From positions 109,432,001 through 109,496,000 of the forward strand of contig NC_086108.1 of the NCBI RefSeq assembly GCF_963921235.1: a stretch of DNA of 64,000 nt, written 5' to 3'. The notes under the pieces are model-generated. The model was given only the letters and a program-made list of their open reading frames with translations, was not told the origin of the DNA and searched no databases. Of this stretch, positions 37,124-50,321 are shown one piece after another. Numbering within the stretch: the first letter of the stretch is position 1; each line of letters starts with the position of its first letter. The position numbers and the translations under genes were made by a program. The stretch is from Mobula hypostoma (lineage: Eukaryota).

Positions 37124-37700
37124 ATCATCAAAGTACACACCACCAAATACTACCCTGAGATTCATTTTCTTGCAGGCATTCACAGTAGAACAAAGGAGTA
37201 CAATAGAATCAATGAAAATCTACTTACAAGACTATCTAGTAGTTCTGTGAGCCACTTGCCAAATATCACTGTATCACTAGCACCAGCTTGATCAGCCAGA
37301 TTGCAATTCAGCTCATCATGGACCTTGTATCATATTGTCTCCCTGCACTTCACTTACTCCATAATGACAACCACTATTACCTTTCTGTTTATACCACCTT
37401 AATGTACCGGTATTATGGAATACTTTGTATAGACAACAAGAAAAACAGGCTTTTGTCAGGACACTGAAGCAGGGACCCAATCACAGACTAAGTACTGTTC
37501 ACACTATGATATTTCTTGAGTAGCAAATCCAGAGAAGCAACAAAGTCAGCATCAAAGTTCAGGCAGAGATCAAAAGTTCCAGAGAAATCCAGAAACCAGA
37601 GTCAGGAAACAGGCAGAGTCAATATTCAGACAAACAGAGCACAGATACAAATTCTGGAAAGGCTCAGGAAAACTCACTGGCACAATCTGGCAACAAACAG

Positions 37701-38052
<352 letters not shown>

Positions 38053-40237
38053 CAACAAACAGCTGGAAACACAGGACTGAAATACACTGAGCAATAAACA
38101 GAGAGGCAGATGATAGGTGGAGCACAATGAGACACAGGTGGCAGCAATACAGGTAATAATGAGAAACAGGTGAGAGACAGAGTATTCAGTAATACAGGGG
38201 CCAGAGTAGAGCGGAAGTGGGGACAGGAGCACATAGGGCATGAAAATAAACAAGAGCACATGGCAACACAAAACCACAGAATGAATTCTAGAGGGAAACA
38301 CACAAGAAAACAGAGTTCATCTGGAGGTACTAACAGGCTTTCACCACATCTTCGTACATGTGACAATAAATAAAACAATTACCAGTCTTTTACCTCAGTA
38401 TCCCATTCCTGCATTAACTCCCTATCACCATGGCAGCGTAGTGCTTAGCACAATACTATTACAGTTTGGGGCGTCAGAGGTCAGAGTTCAATTCCAGCAC
38501 TATCCATAAGGAGTTTATATATTCCCCTTGTGACCACGTGGATTTCCTCAGGATGCTCCGGTTTCCTCCTACAGTCCAAAGACATACAGGTTAGTAATCG
38601 GTCACTACAAATTGTCCTGACTTTAGGCTAGGGTTAAAATCAGTGAGTTATTGGGCAGTGTGGTTCATTGGTCCAGGAGGGCCTGTTCCATGCTGTATCT
38701 CTAAATAAATAAATATAACTCAATTAATCAATTTCTTCATAGTGTTTACGTCCAGAAATCTATTGATCTCTGTTTTAATTCTGTTTTTCCTCTCTTCCTG
38801 CAATACTTATTTAATTATATATATACTTATTATAATTTATAGTTTTTTATTATTATGTTTTGCAATGTACTGCTGCCACAAAACAACAGATTTCACGACG
38901 TGTGCCAATATATTAAATTCGATTCTGAATCTGAATTACATTTAGTAACTGGGCCTCCACAAGCTACAAAGATTCACCACCCTCTAGGTCTCCTCGTTTC
39001 AGTCCAGAATGGCCAACACCTTATTCTGACACTACCCTGTAACACTTGGCTGTAGGTACCTCAGGCTAAGAGAAATATCATCCCTGCATCTACCGCACAG
39101 TCAAAGACCCCACCCACCCCAGACATTTTCTCTTGTCCCCCTCTCCCATCGCACGAAAGACAGAAAAGCCCGACAGCACATCCTGCCAGGCTCAAGGCCA
39201 GCTTTTAACCCTCCGTTTTCAGACTCTTGAACAGTCCTCTCCTACGATAAATTTGACTCTTGTCCTCACTATCGACCTCATTAGGACCTTGCACTTCCTC
39301 ATTTACCTGCACTGCATTTTTTTGGTAGATTATACACTTTATTCTGCATTGTTATTGTTTTGCCTTATTCTAGCTCACTGCACTGTGTAACGATCTGCTC
39401 TGTATGAACCTTTTGCAAGACAAGCTTTTCACTGTCTCTCAGTATGTGTGACAATAAAGAACTAATTCTAATAGACTGACGAGCTCTGTAGAAATTTTGT
39501 TGATTTTAATAAGACATTTCATTCTTCGAAACACTAGACAGCCTGCTAAATCTGTCCTCAAAGGTCAAGATCCCTGTTGCAATGATTTCAGTCCAAACCC
39601 CTATAAGTAGTGCTAAGGACAATGAAGGATGATTTGCTGTCTGACGTCGTGTTAACTGTCATATCTTGATTCAGTTTCTCAATGCAGTGAAGGCTCTGCT
39701 TCGATCATTCATACTGCACAGCTCAAACACCCCGAGCAGCCGGAAAATGTGTGCAAAATGTGATCCGTCTCTGACAAATTCAGTTCAGAATCAGAATCAG
39801 GTTTATTATTGCTGACATATGACATGAAATGTGTTGTCTTGTGGCAGCAGTACAGTGCAATGCGTAAGGATTACAAGATGTCACATAAATAAATAAAAAG
39901 TGCTAAAGAAAAGAGTAACAAAGTCACATTCATGGATTTGTGGATCACCAGAAATCTAATGGTGGAGGGGAAGAAGCTGTTCCGAGAATGTTGAGTGTGG
40001 GCCTTCTCATTGATGGCTGTAATGAGACGAGGGCATGTCCCAGATAGTGAGTCCTCAGTGATGGATGTCATCTTCAGGCTCCTGCTCCTCATCTCTGATG
40101 ATATGAGTGAGACGAGGGCATGTCCCAGATAGTGAGGGTCCCCAGTGATGGAAGCTGCCTTCTTGAGGGATCACCTCATGAAGGTGCCCTCAATAATGGG
40201 CAATATTGATAAGAGTAGCCAAATCAACAAAGACAAG

Positions 40238-41660
40238 TATTACTCTGCTATTTAAGAAGGGTGGGAGGCAGCAGAAAGGAAACTATAGACCTGTTAGTCC
40301 GACATCAGTGGTTGGGAAGTTGTTGGAATCGATAGTGAGGGATGAGATTACAGAGTACCTGGAGGCACATGACAAGATAGGTCAAAGCTAGCAGGGTTTC
40401 CTGACAGGAAAATCCTGCCTGACTAACCTACTGCAATTCTTTGAGGAAATTACAAGCAGGGTAGACAAAGGAGATGTAGTAGACATGGTGTACTTTTCAG
40501 AAGGCCTTTGACAAGGTGCCACACATGAGGCTGCTTAACAAGATAAGAGCCCATGGAATTACAGGAGAGTTACCAGCATGGGTGGAGCATTGACTGGTCG
40601 GCAGAAAACAGAGAGTGGGAATAAAGGGATCCTATTCTGGCTGGCTGCCGGTTACCAGTGGAGTTCCACAGCGGCTGGTGTCGGGACTGCTGCTTTTTAC
40701 GATGTATGTCAATGATTTGGACTATGGAATTAATGGATTTGAGGCTAAATTTGTCAATGATACAAAGATAGGTGGAGGAGCAGGTAATGTTGAGGAAATA
40801 GAGAGACTTGGATAGCTCAGGGGAATGGGCAAAGAAGTGGCAAATGAAATACAATGTTGGAAAGTCATGCACTTTGGTGGAGGAAATAAACGGGCAGACT
40901 ATTATTTAGATGGAGAGAGAATTCAAAATTCAAAGATGCAAAGGGACTTGGGAGTCCTTGTGCAAGATACCCTAAAGGTTAACCTCCAGAATTGAGTTAG
41001 TTGTGAAGAAGGTGAATGCAATGTTGGCATTCATTTCTAGAGGTATAGAATATAAGAACAGGGATGTGATGTTGAGGCTCTATAAGGCACTCGTGAGACC
41101 ACACTTGGAATATTGTGTGCAGTTTTGGGTTCCTTATTTTAGAAAGGATACACTGACATTGGAGAAGGTTCAGAGAAGATTCACAAGAATGATTCCAGGA
41201 ACGTAAGGGTTACCATATAAGGAACATCTGGCAGCTCTTGGCTGTATTCCCTGGAGTTCAGGAAAATGAGGGGGGATCTTATAGAAACATTGCGAATGTT
41301 AAAAGGCCTGAACAAATTAGATATGGCAAAGTTATTTCCCACAGCAAGGGAGTCTAGGACAAGAGGGTGCGACTTCAGGATTGAGGACATCCATTTAAAA
41401 CAGAGATGCAGAGGAATTAATTTAGTCAGAGGGTGGTAAATCTCTGGATTTTTTTTTGCCACGAGCAGCTGTGGAGGCCATTGGGTGTATTTAAGGCAGA
41501 GATAGATAGGTTCTTGATTAGCCAGGGCATCAAAGGGTATGGGGAGAAGGCAGGGGAGTGGGGATGACTGGAAGAATTGGATCAGCCCATGATTGAATGG
41601 CAGAGCAGACTCGATGGGCCGAATGGCCTACTTGTGCTTCTATATCTTATGGTCTTATGG
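40238..41660 (+). mobile_element. CR1 LINE RT to 3' end, same subfamily as 19472-21050
   Basis: GNYRPVSPTSVVGK, SGVPQ, LVRPHLEYCVQFW; TCTTATGGTCTTATGG tail. Confidence 0.92.
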
Positions 41661-42089
41661 CATGCCAGCATTTCTACTTAATTAGGAGTTTGGGGAGATT
41701 CAGTATGGTTAGGATTTGAAATATTATTGCCAGTAGATCAAAATAGATAATAATAGAAAAAGCTTCATGGACATGGGCAAGGAGTTGGGCTATGTGACTA
41801 GCCTTCGACAACAGCTGCCCTGTTCTTGCTGGGCTAAGTGGCTATCCTTTGTACTCTGTCCTACATGTTTCCGGGATTTTCCAACACCACCTAAGTCAAT
41901 TGATCTGGTCATTTATACTACAGCTGTTACAGGAGCATGCTATACACAAGCTAATCTTAAAAGAATTACTTTTCCGAAGTTGAAGAGTGTTGGGGACATT
42001 TTTATTTTGATACAACATCATGGCCTGAGGGCCTGTTCCTGGGCTGTACTGTCTAACGTTCTGGTAAGATTTTCTTAACGTAGAATATA

Positions 42090-43087
42090 CACTCAGTGGC
42101 CTGTACTTAATAACGTGGCCCTGAGTATATGTTCATGGTCTTCTGCTCTGCAGCCTATCCACTTCAAGGTTTGATGTGTTGTGCATTCAGAGACGCTCTT
42201 CTGTAACGTGTGGTTATTTGAGTTACTGTCGCCTTCCTGTCAGCTTGAATTAGTCTGACCATTCTCCTCTGACCTCTCTCACTATCAAAGCATTTTAACC
42301 CACAGAATTGCCACTCACTGGATTTTTTTTTCTCATTCTCACACTATTGTCTGTAAATGCTAGAGACTGTTGTACATGAAAATCCAATGAGATCAGCAGT
42401 TTCTGAGATACTCAAATCACCCCATATGGTACCAATAATCATTCCATGGTCAAAGTCATTTGGATTACCTTTCTTCCCCATTCTGGCATTTGGAATGAGC
42501 AAAATCTGAACCTTTTAAGCACATCTGCATGCTCTTAATCACTGAGATGCTGCCGTGTGATTGGCTGATTAGATATTTGCATTAACAAGCAGAAATGCAA
42601 AGTTGTATACCCCTTGAGTGGATTACTTATACCCTTAGGAATGGATACACTATGTTCATTGAGATTTGGCAACCATATTTGGATTACTTAAATGCCCAGA
42701 TTGTTTAATTTATTTATTTTATTTTTTTTAAATTGATATATCCCTTATTATAAGCTAGTTTCTTTAATTTGTATTTTAAACTGACTCTGAGAGCTGGACA
42801 CCTACTCTTTCTTTTTTTCTCTTTTCTTTTTTCTTTTCTCCTTTCTTTCCTCTGTCTTTTATATTTTTTTTCCCTCCTTTTTTCTAAATGCAGGGAGATG
42901 GTGTTGGGATAGGTGTTCTTTTTTTTCTCTCGGGCTTATTAATGTATTTGAATTAATTTTTTTCAGTATGTATTAATTGTGGTATTAATTGAGTCCTTAT
43001 ATGTCTTCTTTAAAAAAATTAAATGAAATATATATACAAAAAACAAGCAGGTGTACAAGTGTACCTAATAAAGTTGGCCACTGAGAG
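42090..43087 (-). mobile_element. Non-autonomous Tc1-like element (family of 8935-9438)
   Basis: TA-CACTCAGTGGCC start, TAATAAAGTTGGCCACTGAG end; antisense transposase N-terminal remnant. Confidence 0.75.
42593..43041 (+). mobile_element. L1-clade 3' end, 9-bp TSD
   Basis: MQSCIPLEWITYTLR..FIEIWQPYLDYL..*; T-rich UTR and A-rich tail; TSD AACAAGCAG at 42584-42592 and 43042-43050. Confidence 0.75.
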
Positions 43088-43982
43088 TTGAGCAGTACAG
43101 CACTGGATAGTCCATTTGGTCCATGATATAGTGTTATGGCAACAGTTTTTCTCTCAGAGTCTGCAGAACAACAGAACAGGTCTTTGACTTCAGGAACTGG
43201 GGTGGTGTGCATGTTCCTGTCTAGATCAATGGTTTTGAGATTGAGAGGATTGAAAGTTTCAAGTTCCTAAGGGTGAAGATCACTACTGGCTTGTCCCAAT
43301 CCAACCACAATGGCACCATGGCTTAAAAAGTTCACCAAACACCTCTGGCATGGAGAACTTCTCTTCTATAGAGATATCTGGCAGCTTTTCTGCCTGTGAC
43401 CACAGGAAAATACAGAGTTGTGGACACGGCTCAGCACATCACCAAAGCTAACCTCCCCTCTGTGGACTCAGTCTACACTTTATGCTTCCTTGATAAAGTA
43501 GCCAACATAATCAAAAACCCCACCCATCCCAGACCTGATTTCTTCTCACTCTTCCCATTGGATGGAAGATACACACAAGTAGTTCTGCAGAAGCTGGAAA
43601 TCCAGAGTAACATATAACCTTTCATGTCCCGATGAAGGGGCTCAGCCAGAAACATCAATTGTTTATTCCTTTCTGTAGATGCTGCCGGACATGCTGAATT
43701 CCTTTGGCAATTTGTGTGTGGTGCTCTGGGCAGAAGATACAAAAAGTCTGGAAGCACATACCACCAGATTCAAGGACAGGTTCTATCCCACTGTTATCAG
43801 ACTCTTGAACAGTTCCCTAGTACAACTGGAATGGAATCTTGACCTCAGAATCCACCTCAATACAATCTTGCACCTACCATCTGCCTGCACTGCACTTTCT
43901 CTGAAACTGTAACACTTTATTCTGCATTTTGTTAGTTTTCCCTTGTACTACTTCAATACACTGTTGATCTGTATGAATGATA

Positions 43983-45577
43983 CAGTGGTGCTAGAAAGTT
44001 TGTGAACCCTGTAGAATTTTCTATTTCTGCATAAATATGACCTAAAATGTGATCAGATCTTCACGAAAGTCATAAAACTAGATAAAGACAACCCAATTAA
44101 ATAAATAACATGAAAAATATTATACTTCTTCATTTATTTATTGAGAAAAATTATCAAATTTTACATGTATTCGTTGGATAAAGTATGTGAACCTCTGGGG
44201 TAATGCCTTCTACAAAAGCTATTTGGAGTCAAGTATTCTAATCAATGAGATGAGTTTGGAGGTATGGGTTGTAGAGGTGCCCTGCCATATAAAAAAGACA
44301 CACAATGTCAGGTTACTAAGAGAGCCTGCTCTTATTAAGAAAGATCTGTTTATGTGCACCATGCTTCCATCAGAACAACTTTTCAAGGACCTTAGAAGAA
44401 TTGTAGAGATGCATGAAGCCGTAAAAGGCTACAAAAACATTTCTAAATACCTGGGTGTTCATCAGTCCACAGTAAGAGAAATTATCCACAAATGGAGGAA
44501 ACTCAGTACTGTCGCTACACTCGCTACGAGTGGGCATCTTGCAAAGATTACACCAAGAGCACAACATGCAGTGCTGAAGGAGGTTAAAGAGAACTCAAGG
44601 GTAACAGCAAAAAACGTGCAGAAATCTGTAGAACCTGTTAAAGTCTCTGTTCATCTGTCCACTATAAGAAAAACTCTGAACAGGAACGGTATTCATCGAA
44701 GGACGTTACGGAGGAAACTATTGCTCTCCAAAAAAAACATTGCTGCAAGTCTCAAGTTTGCAAGGACCACTTAGATGTTCTACAATGCTTCTGGGACAAT
44801 GTTCTGTGGACAGATTAAACAAAAGTTGAACTTTTTGGCAGAAGTGCACATTGCTATGTTTGGAGAAAAAAGGGCACTGCACACCAACACCAAAACCTCA
44901 TCCCAGCTGTGAAGCAAGGTGGAAGGAGCATCATGGTTTGGGGCTGCTTTGCTGCCCCAGGGCCTGGACAGTTTGCAATTGTTGAGGGAACAATGAATTC
45001 AAAATTGTTTCAAGACGTTTTATAGGAGAATGTCAAAATAGAAGCCTGTCACCTGAAGCTTAACAGAAGTTGGATAATGCATCAAGACAATGAACTGAAA
45101 GACAGGAGTAAATCAAGAACAGGATGGTTTAAAACAAGAAAATTCATGTTTTGGAATGGCCAAGTCAAACTGTTGCGGAAGGACCTGAAGTAAGCAGTTC
45201 GTGCAAGGAAGTCCACCAACATCCCAAAGTTGAAGCAGTTTGTAAGGAGGAATGGCCTAAAATTCCTCCAAGCTGATGTACAGGACTGATCAACAGTTAG
45301 CAGAAATGTTAAGCTGAAGTTACTGCTGTACAAGAGGGTCATACCAGTTACTGAAAGCAAAGGTTCACATAATTTTTCCAACAAATACATGTAATATTGG
45401 ATCATTTTTCTCAATAAATAGATGAACAAGTATAATGTTTTTGTATTGTTTATTTAATTGGGTTCTCTTTATCTAGTTTTAGGACTTACTGTACATGAAG
45501 ATCTGATCACACTTTAGGTCATATTTATGTAGAAACAGAGAAAATGCTACAGGGTTCACAACTTTCTAGCACCACTG
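43983..45577 (+). mobile_element. Full-length Tc1-family transposon with ~215-bp IR/DR-type TIRs and TA TSD
   Basis: TA|CAGTGGTGCTAGAAAGTTTGTGAACCCTGTAG ... CTACAGGGTTCACAACTTTCTAGCACCACTG|TA; inner direct repeat AAGTATGTGAACC. Confidence 0.95.
44361..45354 (+). pseudogene. Tc1 transposase pseudogene
   Basis: Paired-like HTH (GYKNISKYLGVHQSTVREII), VLWTD*TKVELFG, GGRSIMVWGCF, QDN; frameshifts, stops and loss of the SPDLNPIE block. Confidence 0.92.
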
Positions 45578-45970
45578 TATGCAAGATAAGCTTTTCACTG
45601 TATCTCAGTACAGATGACAATAATGAAGCAATTTACCAATTTATATCATGGCCCCTGGCAAGTCAAGCCATCAACTTTAAACACATTCCACCCATGTGCA
45701 TCGATCCATGACGTTGGGAAACACAGCCTTGTGGTTCGTGTTATCTGAACTACTATCAATTCCTACCAAATGGAAGCTTTCATTTTCTTCTTACAGATTA
45801 AGTTACAAAGTCGACCAGATAGCCAAAGGGTTATGGGGAGGGGCAAATAGACTTGGGCTGGAAGCACTAGCCCACAGGGAGTCACTTTGAAAATTGAGTT
45901 GATCGCTAGGAGTGATATGAAAATAAAATGTGTACATTGAACCAAGCAGAAAATTCATGGGAAAGTACAA

Positions 45971-46948
45971 CTCTCAGTAGCTGCATTATTAGTTACCTCC
46001 TGCACCTAATAAAATAGCCATTGAGTATATATTCATTGTTTGCTGCTACTGTAACCCATCTATTTCAAGGTTCAACATGTGTGTTCAGAAATGGATCTTC
46101 TGCACATCACTGTTGTAGTGGGTGTTTACAAGCTGAAGGCATGAATATCGATTTCTCCCTCCGGTAAAAAAGTTCTCCCATCCTCCCCTCTTCCTCTATT
46201 CTCCACTCTGACCTTTTACCTCTTCTCACCTGCCTATCAATTCCCCCTGGGTTCCCTCCTCCTTCCATTTTTTCCTACAGCCCACTCTGTTCTCCTATCG
46301 GATTCCTTCTTCTCCAGCCCTTGACCTTTTCCACCCACCTTCTAGCTAGTCACCTTCCCCTCCCTCCACCTTTTACTTCTGCTGTCTTTCCCCTTCCTTC
46401 TCAGTCCTGAAGAAGGGTCTCAGCCCGAAATGTTGCCTGCTTGTTCTTTTCCACAGATGCTGCCTGACCTGCTGAGTTCCTCCAGCACTTTGTGTGTGTT
46501 GCTTTGGATTTCCTGCATCTGCAGATATTCTCATGTTTATATTTGAGTTACTGTTGCCTTCTTGTCAGCTTGAACCTGTCTAGCCATTCTCTTCTGACCT
46601 CTCATTAACAAGATGTTTTCACCCACAGAACTACCACTCACTATATATTTTTTGTTCTTCACACAATTCCCTATAAACTCTAAAGGCTGTTGTGTGTGAA
46701 AGTTCCAGGAGATCAGCAGTTTCTGAGATACTCAAACCACCCTGTCTGGCACCAACAATCATTCCATAGTCAAAGTCAGTTAGATCACACTTCTTCCCCA
46801 TTCTGATCTTTGTTCTGAAGAACAATTGAACCTCTTGACCATGTCTGCATGCTTTTATGCATTGAGTTGCTGCTACATGATTGGCTGATTGGGTATTTGA
46901 ATTAATAAGCAGATTTATAGATATCGCTAATAAAGTGGCAACTGAGTG
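45971..46948 (-). mobile_element. Non-autonomous Tc1-like element (third copy) with a nested Penelope fragment
   Basis: MGKKCDLTDFDYGMIVGARQGGLSISETADLL; ends TAAAGTGGCAACTGAGTG followed by TA. Confidence 0.8.
46130..46538 (+). mobile_element. Penelope-like 3' end with a nearly intact hammerhead motif (46402-46439)
   Basis: GMNIDFSLR*; CAGTC CTGAAGA A GGGTCTCAGCCC GAAA TGTT GCCTG. Confidence 0.8.
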
Positions 46949-47300
46949 TATAGTGTCATAAGGATTTTTTTCTCAATGAAAAAAAACTTTCCCTAGCTAC
47001 TTTAAAGAGATATTTTAAAAAAAACTAATTTAACTTAGGGACTAAGAATCTGTAAGGCCATTGGTGGATGTCACCAGCAATAAATGTCCCTCAGCAAATT
47101 AAAGATGGGATTGTGTTTTACAGTGAGGCAGCCACTCTGTTATTAAGTATCAGGAAATGTAAGGCAGAACCCATTATTCAACATAATGCTCTTCCAGTGA
47201 GAAGCATTCACATGTAAAATGAGTAAATATTAGAAATCTAATGGAGGTCATGAAAAAAGGAACCTATTACTGCAGGGAATGAAGGAGAAATATTACTCAC

Positions 47301-47456
47301 GGCTCTTGGGGTGAAGGAATGCGTTAGTGGAGCGTGCACTTCGTCCTCCTTCAGGGCATTTAGTTTCTTTTCCGTTCCACTTCCACCTCACCAGTCCCTG
47401 GTGGCGATCTTGGTCTCAGGAAGGAACTGGAAGAACTTGAGTCAGCTGCCTTCCCA
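47301..47456 (-). other. Candidate internal exon (156 nt), probably non-coding or UTR
   Basis: Acceptor CATCTCCCTTTCTCAG and donor GCC|GTGAGT in non-repeat DNA; stops in all three frames. Confidence 0.4.
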
Positions 47457-47494
47457 CTGAGAAAGGGAGATGAACACAAGAGAACGTATTAATG

Positions 47495-47985
47495 AAAGAA
47501 ATTCTGCAAAGGCTGAAGATCAAGAATAACTCACACAAAATGCTGGGGGATCTTTGCAGGTCAGGCAGCAGCTATGGAATGGAATAAAGAGTCAACATTT
47601 TGGGCTGAGACCCTCATCAGGACTGGGAAGAAAAGGGGAAGAAGCCAGAATAATGGAGAGAGGGAAAGATGTACAAGCTGGCAGTGATAGGTGAAGGCAA
47701 GTGAAGGGGAAGGTGGGTGGGTGGTGTAGAACAGATGAAGTAAGAAGCTGGGAGGTGAGAGGTGGAAAGGGTAAAGGGCTGAAAAAGAAGGAAGCTGTTA
47801 GGAGAGGAGAGAGGACCATGGGGGAAAGGGAAGAAAGACCGGCACCAGGTGGGAGTTGACAGGCAGGTGAAGAAAAAGGAATAGGTACGAGGGAAGCCAT
47901 AGTGGGGGATGGAAGAAGACGGAAAGAGGGAGGGGGAAGCATTACCAGAAATTGGAGAAGTGATGTTAATGCCATCAGTCTGAAT
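47495..47985 (-). mobile_element. Penelope-like 3' end
   Basis: Minus strand DG.NI remnant, pyrimidine UTR, CAGTCCTGATGAGGGTCTCAGCCCAAAATGTTGAC. Confidence 0.75.
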
Positions 47986-48429
47986 GAGGCATTAATCTGT
48001 TGCTGGACTGCTCATTCCAAGTGTCCACATATTAAGCACTTATTTATTGGGTTGGAGTTTGTGAGATCTTCCTGTGTGCAGATTTTGTAAGTACTTTTTA
48101 CTGGTATTGAAAAATTGCCCTTCCATCCAGAGTATTTCATTGGGGCTAGAACATTTTAGGATGCCCTAAAGTTGTGAGAATCGTAATAGAAATCCAATTC
48201 TCACTTCCTTTCTCTCTCTACTTCTTCCTCCCCTTCTTCCTCCCCCTCTTCCTCCCACCCTCCCTCCCTCCCTTCCTTCCTTCCTTTCTGAGTTTAGGAG
48301 TTGAGGCATAATGTGTTGTGTTCGATATTGAGGGAGAGTGCAGAGAACACCAAGACGCCACCATGCAGGATATACAACTGAACTTTATTGATAACGCTGC
48401 TTGTGGGTAGTGGGTAGCGGCTCCATATG

Positions 48430-48815
48430 TCACTACTACAGGGCGTGACAACCCTGCCTTACACGAGTCCTGGGCTCAGCTGGCTCTGGCTGACAGTACC
48501 CGGTATGGGCCCCTATCCAGGGTTGCGGATCCCACTACCTTGTGGGTATCTCCGGGAGAAGAGAAGGCTGAGGAGTAAACCCTACACAAATCCGGAGTGG
48601 AGCCCCTAAGGCGGTTGGGTGACGTATCACGTCACCTCCCGGCAGCTCCCGCAGCCAAGCTGATGCCAAATGTACTGCTTCACATTCCTTTGGACCACAT
48701 CTGCAAGGCCAAGAGGGGGATCTTGATGTCTGGGCAGCCCAGGATCTCCATATTCATCACCCAGGTCTGCACCCCGAGGGACGCATCCATTGTCACTTAG
48801 ACAGACGGAGCTATC
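48430..48815 (+). mobile_element. Non-autonomous retroposon, homologue of 12617-13020
   Basis: Shared blocks AAATCCGGAGTGGAG, TGCTTCA..TCC.T.TGGAC, CCCAGGATCTCCATA, AGACAGACGG. Confidence 0.5.
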
Positions 48816-50321
48816 GTGGGAGGAGCTAACTGAGTGGTTTAGGAATCCCACAACATGGTAGAGTTGCATAAGTCATTGGTGAGGCACACTCAGAGTACTG
48901 TGTACAGTTTAGCCTTTTTATTTTGTTTCTTTGCTTATATAGAGATACAGCAGGGTAAAAGGCCCTTCCAGACTAACGAGCCCATATCGCCCAATTACAC
49001 CATGTGTTCAATTAACCTACTAACCAGTACGACTTCGGAATGGGGATAAGCTGGAGCGTTCTGGCAGAAACCCACATGGACACATGGAGAACATGCAGGC
49101 TCCTTATTGGAAACGGCAGGAACTGAACCCATATCTCTGATGCTGTGTGACACTAACAGCTATGCTACCATACCGCCCAATTCTGACCACCTTATTACAG
49201 GAAGTATGTGGTTAACCTGGAAAGAGTGAATGGGCGCGGGGCTGTGATCTCATGCATGGTAGTGTTCATAAAGTCATGAGGGTCATAGCTAAAGTGGAGG
49301 GTAACAGTCTGTTTCTCGGGATAGCATTCAGGGATTTATGACACAATGAAGGAAGCCCTGAATACCAGTGGTGATGGACAACCTTCGTTGCTGCCCTAAA
49401 CGCCAGCAGCATTATGGGCAGTAGAGAGAGGATAATCCAGAGCTCTAGGGCATAGGTTTAGGGTGAAAGGGGAAAGATTTAAAAGGGGCAACTCTTTCAC
49501 TCACTGGGCAGTGAGTATATGAAAAGGGCTGCCAGAGGAAGTGGTTGAGGCAGGTATAATAATGTCACTTAATAAGACCATAAGACCATAAGATATATGA
49601 GAAGAGTTAGGCTATTTGGTCCTTCGAGTCTGTTCCACCATTTCATATGGCTGATCCATTTTCCCTCTCAGCCCCAATCTCCTGCCTTCTCTCCCTATCC
49701 CTTCATGCTCTGACCAATCAAGAATCTATCGACCTCTATCTTAAATAATTCCAAGGACTTGGCCTCCCCAGCCCCGCCTGTGGCAATGAATTAATGATTC
49801 CATTTATATATGCTATCTTACATATTTATATGTAATGTGGTTTTTAAAAAAATTATTGTTGTGTTCTTTATCACATTCTGGTCTGCATTGGATCTGGAAT
49901 AACAATTATTTCATTCTCCTCCACACTTGTGTACAGGAAATGACATAAAACAATCTTGAATCTTGAATCTTGAGGTGCAGAGACACAGCATTCATTGAGA
50001 GAAGAAATGTCACCTTAACATTCTAATTGGGTGATCTCTTGCGTTTGTACAATAAGGCCTAGTTTGAGATTTTCCCACAAGAAATCACGCTCTGCATATC
50101 CGGTCTATCAAAATTCCTTAAATCACATTTCACTAGTCTTTTAAATTTTTCCTCATGAGATAGCTTTCCCATTGCAATTCCAATTAAAGTTTTGTTCAAT
50201 TAATACCCATTTGAGATATTAATTGAACAAACCTTCTCTAGTCTTCTTCTAAGATATGAATATCTTTCTTGTCTAATATCCAAGGGGTGGTGGTAGAGGT
50301 AGATACATTGGGAATATTAAT

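Noticed and set aside
40020..40140. 28-bp direct repeat GAGACGAGGGCATGTCCCAGATAGTGAG as a regulatory repeat
   Set aside because: Local duplication inside a decayed Rex1 fragment
44187..44774. Intact 195-aa transposase gene
   Set aside because: The true start is probably ATG 44361; the frame breaks before the catalytic domain
47301..47456. Selenoprotein reading (one frame is interrupted only by two TGA codons)
   Set aside because: No selenoprotein similarity or SECIS seen; expected by chance
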